Assembly (NCBI GenBank): GCA_048538275.1 | Contig: JBLYPW010000004.1 | Coordinates: 7,567-71,566, forward strand | DNA from: Candidatus Komeilibacteria bacterium | Lineage (GTDB): Bacteria > Patescibacteriota > Patescibacteriia > UBA1558 | Direction: 5' to 3' | Length of the DNA stretch: 64,000 nt | Part shown: piece by piece, positions 58,766 to 64,000 of the stretch | How the letters are laid out: every line of letters begins with the position of its first letter | Position numbering within the stretch: the first letter of the stretch is position 1 | Notes under the pieces: generated by a model | Database searches by the model: none | Seen by the model: only the letters and a program-made list of their open reading frames with translations | What the model was told of the DNA's origin: nothing | Position numbers and translations under genes: made by a program

Positions 58766-58807
58766 CGTCTGTAGAGTTAATTCATAAATTAACTCTACAG
58801 ACGTGGT
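58762..58807. repeat. 21-bp perfect inverted repeat starting in the tRNA ACCA end
   Basis: ACCACGTCTGTAGAGTTAATT-CATA-AATTAACTCTACAGACGTGGT. Confidence 0.9.
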
Positions 58808-58877
58808 TTATAAAGGAACTGTTTTTAGCGGTTCCTTTTGTTGTTCTTCGTGGAATAGAATAATTATAGGTGCTGGC

Positions 58878-58921
58878 TTGACAAGGCGCGCGTGATGATA
58901 TATAATACCCCCAGGGGGTAT
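58878..58921 (+). promoter_or_regulatory. Consensus promoter with overlapping CsoR/CstR-type operator
   Basis: TTGACA-17 nt-TATAAT (58878-58906); palindrome ATACCCCCAGGGGGTAT (58905-58921). Confidence 0.88.
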
Positions 58922-58927
58922 ACACAT

Positions 58928-59188
58928 ATGACAGTTAAAAAACAAATTAGCAATAAAGATTTAAGCAATCGCTTCAATCGTTTGCGCGGCCAATTGGAGG
59001 GCCTGCAAAAAATGTTAGCAGACGAACGTGAGTGCTCTGACGTGTTAACACAATTAGCGGCGGTAAGGGCGGCTTTGTCTAACTTGGGTTTAGTTATCTT
59101 ACAAAATGAGACATCTTGCTTAAAACTTAGGGGTAAGGAGCGCGAGCGCTTAAACGAAGTGATCGCCAGATTTTTTAAGACTAATTAA
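58928..59188 (+). CDS. CsoR/RcnR/CstR-family repressor
   Basis: NRLRGQLEGLQKML..ECSDVLTQLAAVRAAL..QNETSC. Confidence 0.93.
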   Translation: MTVKKQISNKDLSNRFNRLRGQLEGLQKMLADERECSDVLTQLAAVRAALSNLGLVILQNETSCLKLRGKERERLNEVIARFFKTN

Positions 59189-59201
59189 TTATTGTGACAT
59201 T

Positions 59202-60131
59202 ATGACAGACAATAAATATGATATTATTATTGCCGGTTCTGGACCGGCTGGTTGGACGGCGGCTATTTATGCTACGCGAGCAGAGTTTAAGACTTTAGTT
59301 GTGTCTGGTAGAGAAATGGGAGGACAATTGATGACTACGACGGATGTGGAAAACTTTCCCGGATTTCCAGAAGGAATTCAAGGGCCAGAATTGATGACCA
59401 AAATGCAAGAACAGGCGCGGCGTTTTGGCGCGGAAATTATTGCTAAAGATGTTTCTAAAATTGTAAAAAAAGGGGAAAAAGATTTTATTGTTAAAGTAGA
59501 TGATGATGAGTATCGGGCGCGAGCTGTTATTATCTCCACTGGCGCAAGTGCTCGTTGGTTGAACTTACCCAGCGAAACAAAATTACGCGGCAAGGGCGTC
59601 TCTGCTTGCGCCACTTGTGACGGATTCTTTTTTAAAGATAAAATTGTAGCAGTTGTTGGGGGCGGAGACGCAGCTATGGAAGAAGCTACTTTTTTGACCA
59701 AGTTTGCCAAGCAAGTGCACGTATTGGCGCGAGCCGATGAGGGCAAATTACGTGCCAGTAAAATAATGCAAGAACGCGCTTTTCAGAATAATAAGATAAA
59801 GTTTTATTATAATACAGAGGTGCAAGAGGTGTTGGGAGACGAAAAAGTCAGGGGTTTAAAAGTGATTAATAACAAAACTCAAGCAGTGAGTCAGCTGGAC
59901 ATTGATGGTTTGTTTGTGGCCATCGGCCATAAACCGAATACGGACTTTATTAAAGGCTTGGTAGGGGTTGACCGGAAGGGTTATGTGGTTTTGCAGGAAA
60001 ATACTCAGAGTAGCGTGCCTGGTATTTTTGTGGCCGGCGATGTGGCTGACCATCGTTATCGTCAGGCTATTACGGCGGCCGGCACCGGCTGTCAGGCAGC
60101 CCTGGACGCCCAGCACTATCTAACAGAGTAA
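59202..60131 (+). CDS. trxB: Thioredoxin-disulfide reductase
   Basis: GSGPAG, CATCDG, GGGDAAMEE, AGDV..YRQA. Confidence 0.98.
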   Translation: MTDNKYDIIIAGSGPAGWTAAIYATRAEFKTLVVSGREMGGQLMTTTDVENFPGFPEGIQGPELMTKMQEQARRFGAEIIAKDVSKIVKKGEKDFIVKVDDDEYRARAVIISTGASARWLNLPSETKLRGKGVSACATCDGFFFKDKIVAVVGGGDAAMEEATFLTKFAKQVHVLARADEGKLRASKIMQERAFQNNKIKFYYNTEVQEVLGDEKVRGLKVINNKTQAVSQLDIDGLFVAIGHKPNTDFIKGLVGVDRKGYVVLQENTQSSVPGIFVAGDVADHRYRQAITAAGTGCQAALDAQHYLTE

Positions 60132-60195
60132 TTTGTAAAATTTATTATTTGGTTTATAATTAAATTTCTAAATTAAAAATTAACAGTTAATTAAT

Positions 60196-60513
60196 ATGGC
60201 ACAATTTGTTACCGATCAAGACTTTGCTGAAGAAGTTTTAAAATCAGACATACCGGTCTTTGTTGACTTTTACGCTCCCTGGTGCGGTCCTTGTAAAATG
60301 ATGGAGCCAATAGTTGAAGAGCTTGCCAAAGAGTATGAAGGCAAGATAAAAATAGTAAAGCTAAATGTAGATGAAAATCCAACCACCGCTCAGCAATTTC
60401 AAGTGATGAGCATCCCCACTATGTTTATTTTTAGGGGCGGTCAAGCAGTTGATCAAATGATTGGTTATCAAGACAAAGCTAGCTTGAAAGAAAGATTTGA
60501 TAAATTATCTTAA
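60196..60513 (+). CDS. trxA: Thioredoxin
   Basis: DFYAPWCGPC, SIPT. Confidence 0.98.
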   Translation: MAQFVTDQDFAEEVLKSDIPVFVDFYAPWCGPCKMMEPIVEELAKEYEGKIKIVKLNVDENPTTAQQFQVMSIPTMFIFRGGQAVDQMIGYQDKASLKERFDKLS

Positions 60514-60518
60514 GATAT

Positions 60519-60556
60519 AAAAAATCCGACACCATGCTTGGTAATCGGATTTTTGT
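60519..60556 (+). terminator. trxA terminator
   Basis: AAAAATCCGA..TCGGATTTTTT. Confidence 0.75.
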
Positions 60557-60575
60557 TATGTTTGTGGAGGTTTTT

Positions 60576-61093
60576 AGGTAATCACATTTTTGGCCAACAA
60601 GTGTTTATCAAGATCTGACCTTGGCATGATACGATATTTTAGTTCTTTATTATTCAATATATCTACGATAGCTGCGGTTATTTCGGATGATCAGAAATTT
60701 TTGCTTAGCTGTTTTGGAAAGATTGAAATGAGCGTGGGTTATTAGCGCATTGACTAGGTAAAGGCCCATATCAATGATGCGGCGCTTGCCTTGTTTTTTC
60801 ACGGAAACTAACCGTGTAATCAAGGATCGCCCACTTGTTCATGTCGCAAGCTAGTTTCACTGGGGAAATTATAGCAAACTTGTTTGAGAGGTGATTCACA
60901 TTGACAAGGTATTGATATATCAAAGGCGCTCGGCTCCGCTGCGCTTTACATTTTTGAGAATAATAGCATTGTTTATCCGATACTTGTCATTGTCACCATT
61001 GCTAGAAGTACCGACGGCGCGGATTAATAAGTCAATTTTTTCAGAACCAGCAGTTATGAAGGTTGCTTCAATTCTTAAGTCGTTTATGGGTAT
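60576..61093 (-). pseudogene. Heavily decayed atypical-SDR / NAD(P)H-binding-like gene remnant
   Basis: Minus-strand fragments in different frames: IDLLIRAVG..IILKNVKRSGAERL*YINTL, LDYTVSFR, SEITAAIVDILNNKELKYR. Confidence 0.35.
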
Positions 61094-61182
61094 TTACTTT
61101 GCCTTGTTAAATTTTCAATATTATAGCAATTTATCCTCCAATGAGGACGATAGTCAATAATTATTAACTAAGTATTAAAAAT

Positions 61183-62406
61183 ATGTCCGTCATTAATAGC
61201 GCAAAAAAACAGCTGGAAATAGCAGCAAAAAAATTAAATTGGACAACTGGCCAATTAAAAGCAATTGCCAAGCCGGATAGAATCATTGCCGACAAAGTTA
61301 AACTAAAATTAGATAATGGTCGGATTAAAATAGTGAAAGTTTATCGGGTGCAGCACAATAATTGGCGTGGCCCTTATAAGGGTGGCGTGCGTTTTCATCC
61401 GCAGGCGGATATTAATGAGGTTAAAGCTTTGGCTTTATGGATGACTATCAAAACAGCGGTGGCCAACTTGCCCCTGGGAGGAGCTAAGGGTGGCGCTCAG
61501 ATCAATCCCAAGGCTTTGTCATTGGCAGAAAAAGAAAGATTGGCGCGAGGTTGGGTCAAAATAATGAGTCCTTATATCGGACCACAAAAAGACGTGCCGG
61601 CGCCCGATGTATACACCGATCCGCAAATTATGGCTTGGATGAACGACGAATACAAAAAAATAACGGGAGTAAAAACAGAGGGAAGTTTTACTGGCAAGCC
61701 AATTAATACAGGAGGTTCTCGGGGACGTGATGTAGCTACGGCGCAAGGCGGTTTTTATTTATTGCAAGAATTGATTAAACGAGGTTCGTTAATAAAACCA
61801 AAAGTTATTATTCAGGGATTTGGCAATGCTGGGCAGACTATGGCAAAATTATGCAGTCGCGCTGGTTATAAAATTATTGGTTTGTCCGATTCACAAGGCG
61901 CTATTTTTAATGATAGGGGCGTTGATTTAAAAGCAGTAATAGAACATAAAGAAAAGACCGGCAGCGTGATTGGTTTTAAGAAAGCCAAAACAATGGATAA
62001 TAAAAAACTTTTAGAGCAAGCTACTGACATTTTAATACCAGCTGCTTTGGACAATCAAATTACAGACAAGAACGTTGGTCGTATCAAGGCAGCTATTATA
62101 TTGGAGCTGGCTAATGGCCCAATCAGCAGTGGCGCTGATGCAAAGTTGTATAAAAAGGGCGTCGTGGTAGTACCTGATGTTTTAGCTAATAGTGGCGGCG
62201 TTATTGTGTCTTATTTAGAAATGATACAAAATAAAAAGAGGCAGCAATGGTCACGCGCCGAGGTGCTGGCTAGGTTGCGCAAGCAAATTATTCGCGCTGC
62301 CGATCAGGTGGAAAGTTTAGCAACCAAAAGTAATATTAGTTGGCGGGTGGCGGCTTATATGTTAGCTTTGCAAAGATTGGATAAGGTCAAAGAAAGGCGG
62401 GCGTGA
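61183..62406 (+). CDS. gdhA: Glu/Leu/Phe/Val (glutamate) dehydrogenase
   Basis: GPYKGGVRF, GGAKGG, DVPAPD, QGFGNAG, ELANGP, PDVLANSGGV. Confidence 0.95.
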   Translation: MSVINSAKKQLEIAAKKLNWTTGQLKAIAKPDRIIADKVKLKLDNGRIKIVKVYRVQHNNWRGPYKGGVRFHPQADINEVKALALWMTIKTAVANLPLGGAKGGAQINPKALSLAEKERLARGWVKIMSPYIGPQKDVPAPDVYTDPQIMAWMNDEYKKITGVKTEGSFTGKPINTGGSRGRDVATAQGGFYLLQELIKRGSLIKPKVIIQGFGNAGQTMAKLCSRAGYKIIGLSDSQGAIFNDRGVDLKAVIEHKEKTGSVIGFKKAKTMDNKKLLEQATDILIPAALDNQITDKNVGRIKAAIILELANGPISSGADAKLYKKGVVVVPDVLANSGGVIVSYLEMIQNKKRQQWSRAEVLARLRKQIIRAADQVESLATKSNISWRVAAYMLALQRLDKVKERRA

Positions 62407-62494
62407 TATTGTCAGTAGGCTTAATATATTATAGTAGCTTTTTTATAGATCTGCCGGCGATGCAAAAAAAAAATAATTAGATGGTAAGTCATTT

Positions 62495-62520
62495 AGCTCC
62501 GCACCAGATGGTGCGGAGCT
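62495..62520. repeat. REP-like GC-rich palindrome
   Basis: AGCTCCGCACCA-GA-TGGTGCGGAGCT without a T-tract. Confidence 0.6.
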
Positions 62521-62560
62521 TAAAATTATATTCAGTTGCGAGATTTGTTATAATGTATTT

Positions 62561-63142
62561 ATGAACAAAAAAAATATTATTGCCGGTGTGGATGAAGCCG
62601 GGCGCGGCGCTTGGGCTGGCCCGCTGGTAGCGGCGGCCGTTATTCTTAAAAACTTTTCTCGTCGTCAAGAATTACGAGACTCAAAAAAGTTGACTGATAA
62701 ACAGCGTCGTTGTTTATATAAAGACATAAAGAAAGAATGTGTATATTCCATTGGTCGGGCGACGACAAAAGAAATTTTTAAGCTGGGTTTGCAAGCCGCC
62801 AATATTTTGGCAGCGCAACGCGCGCTTGATGGGCTGACGACAAAGCCAGATAAGGTTTGTCTTGATATGATACGTGGTTTTCATTATCATATACCGTTTG
62901 AATTAATTATAGATGGCGATGATAAAGAAGCTTGCATACAAGCGGCAAGTATTGTGGCAAAGGTTACTAGGGACAATGCATTAATTCGTTTAAGCAAGCG
63001 TTTTCCGGCTTATTTGTGGGAGGAAAATAAAGGATATGGCACAGCGGCTCATCGCCAAGCCTTATTACGGCACGGCATAAGCCAGCAGCATAGAATAAAG
63101 TACAAACCTATAAGAGAAATACTTGACTCTAACCAAAGATAG
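62561..63142 (+). CDS. rnhB: Ribonuclease HII
   Basis: GVDEAGRG, DSKKL, DGD, AASIVAKVTRD, NKGYGT. Confidence 0.97.
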   Translation: MNKKNIIAGVDEAGRGAWAGPLVAAAVILKNFSRRQELRDSKKLTDKQRRCLYKDIKKECVYSIGRATTKEIFKLGLQAANILAAQRALDGLTTKPDKVCLDMIRGFHYHIPFELIIDGDDKEACIQAASIVAKVTRDNALIRLSKRFPAYLWEENKGYGTAAHRQALLRHGISQQHRIKYKPIREILDSNQR

Positions 63143-63187
63143 TTTTTTTTGTTATAATATAAGAGTTAAAAAGTATTATCAATCATT

Positions 63188-63742
63188 ATGAAAATAGACG
63201 GCGCAGGTGGCAATCAGTTATTGAATCCAGAACATATTCTAAAAGATATATTACGTTTGGACTTTGGGTCGCGCGTGGCTGATTTGGGTTGTGGTTCAAT
63301 GGCTTATTTTACTTTGGCAGCGGCACATATTGTAGGTAAAGACGGCCAAGTCTATGCGGTTGATATTTTAAAAGATGTTTTGTCATCAGTGCAAAGCAAA
63401 GCACAATTACAACGCCTAGATAATATAAAAACAGTTTGGAGTAATTTGGAAATATACGGAGCCACTCAGGTGCCAACTGATTTGGATTATGTTTTTTTGG
63501 TAACTACCTTATTTCAAAACACACAGCACTTGCCAGTTTTAAAGGAAGCTGCTAGGGTCTTAAAGGAGGGAGGAAAAATGTTATTAGTAGAATGGTTGCC
63601 ACAAAACACTGCCATTGGTCCGGCCCTGGCCAAGCGTTTGAAGCCAGAACAAATCAAGGCATACACTCAAGAAGCGGGATTTAAATTACAACAAGAGTTT
63701 AAGGCCGGCTCTTATCATTATGGTATGATTTTTGAAAAGTAA
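63188..63742 (+). CDS. Class I SAM-dependent methyltransferase
   Basis: VADLGCG, VYAVDI, RVLKEGG, YHYG. Confidence 0.9.
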   Translation: MKIDGAGGNQLLNPEHILKDILRLDFGSRVADLGCGSMAYFTLAAAHIVGKDGQVYAVDILKDVLSSVQSKAQLQRLDNIKTVWSNLEIYGATQVPTDLDYVFLVTTLFQNTQHLPVLKEAARVLKEGGKMLLVEWLPQNTAIGPALAKRLKPEQIKAYTQEAGFKLQQEFKAGSYHYGMIFEK

Positions 63743-63743
63743 T

Positions 63744-64000
63744 ATGATTAACTGGTTACAATTAGATTATCTTTTTACAAATTATATGCCGCTGATCAGT
63801 CAGCGAGTTTTATTGATAGCCACCATAATATATTTGGCTATATTTGTAGCGGCTATTGTATTTGCATGGTTGCGAAAAAGGAAAAACATTTCGGCATTGT
63901 ATCGTCGTCTTTGGCAGAAGTTAGCTAGTTGGGCCTTTTCTTTCAGTTTAATAGGTTTATTATTATTATTTTTTCGACAACAATTGGTGCCATATTTAGG
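63744..64000 (+). CDS. Hypothetical membrane protein (partial, runs off window)
   Basis: Open frame MINWLQLDYLF..LLLFFRQQLVPYL with TM segments. Confidence 0.7.
   Translation, partial: MINWLQLDYLFTNYMPLISQRVLLIATIIYLAIFVAAIVFAWLRKRKNISALYRRLWQKLASWAFSFSLIGLLLLFFRQQLVPYL

Noticed and set aside
60891-61160. 89-aa plus-strand ORF
   Set aside because: Better explained as the antisense of a minus-strand remnant; no motifs
3611-62054. Many antisense or overlapping ORFs in the track (e.g. 3611-3991, 15689-16123, 16671-17198, 35380-35769, 53537-53944, 59378-59746)
   Set aside because: Shadows of confidently identified genes on the other strand or frame
1-64000. Alternative genetic code (TGA as Gly or Trp)
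   Set aside because: Long core genes are intact under code 11, and femX, murE and gdhA end in TGA; internal TGAs occur only in decaying accessory genes

Overview
AT-rich, core-chromosomal window around the replication origin of a small-genome bacterium. It is most likely Patescibacteria/CPR (inferred from the VirB2-like pilin array, short YidC and CPR-type hypotheticals) and uses genetic code 11. Contents: polA-holA; rpsT-truB-uvrB; ruvA-femX-murE; rpoBC-ftsK-rodZ-like-recA; flippase and O-antigen-ligase-like genes; tRNA-Ser with a small decaying island; galU, a solute-binding lipoprotein and eight tandem TrbC/VirB2-like pilin genes; a GT-C glycosyltransferase; pgi/pmi; yebC-ruvC-glgA-kinase-glgP; PBP1A; dnaN-oriC-dnaA; rpmH-rnpA-yidD-yidC; bactofilin; three more tRNAs; parS sites; a CsoR/CstR-like repressor-trxB-trxA unit with its operator; gdhA; rnhB; and a methyltransferase. 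Most notable: (1) the organised eight-pilin locus, with a near-identical shared core and flanking glycosylation genes; (2) a His-less CstR-like thiol sensor controlling thioredoxin; (3) an APH-fold kinase coupled between glgA and glgP; (4) head-on orientation of rpoBC and most genes left of oriC; (5) strong Shine-Dalgarno sites confined largely to ORFans; (6) several single-lesion pseudogenes. Product calls come from motif recognition only; no database searches were run.
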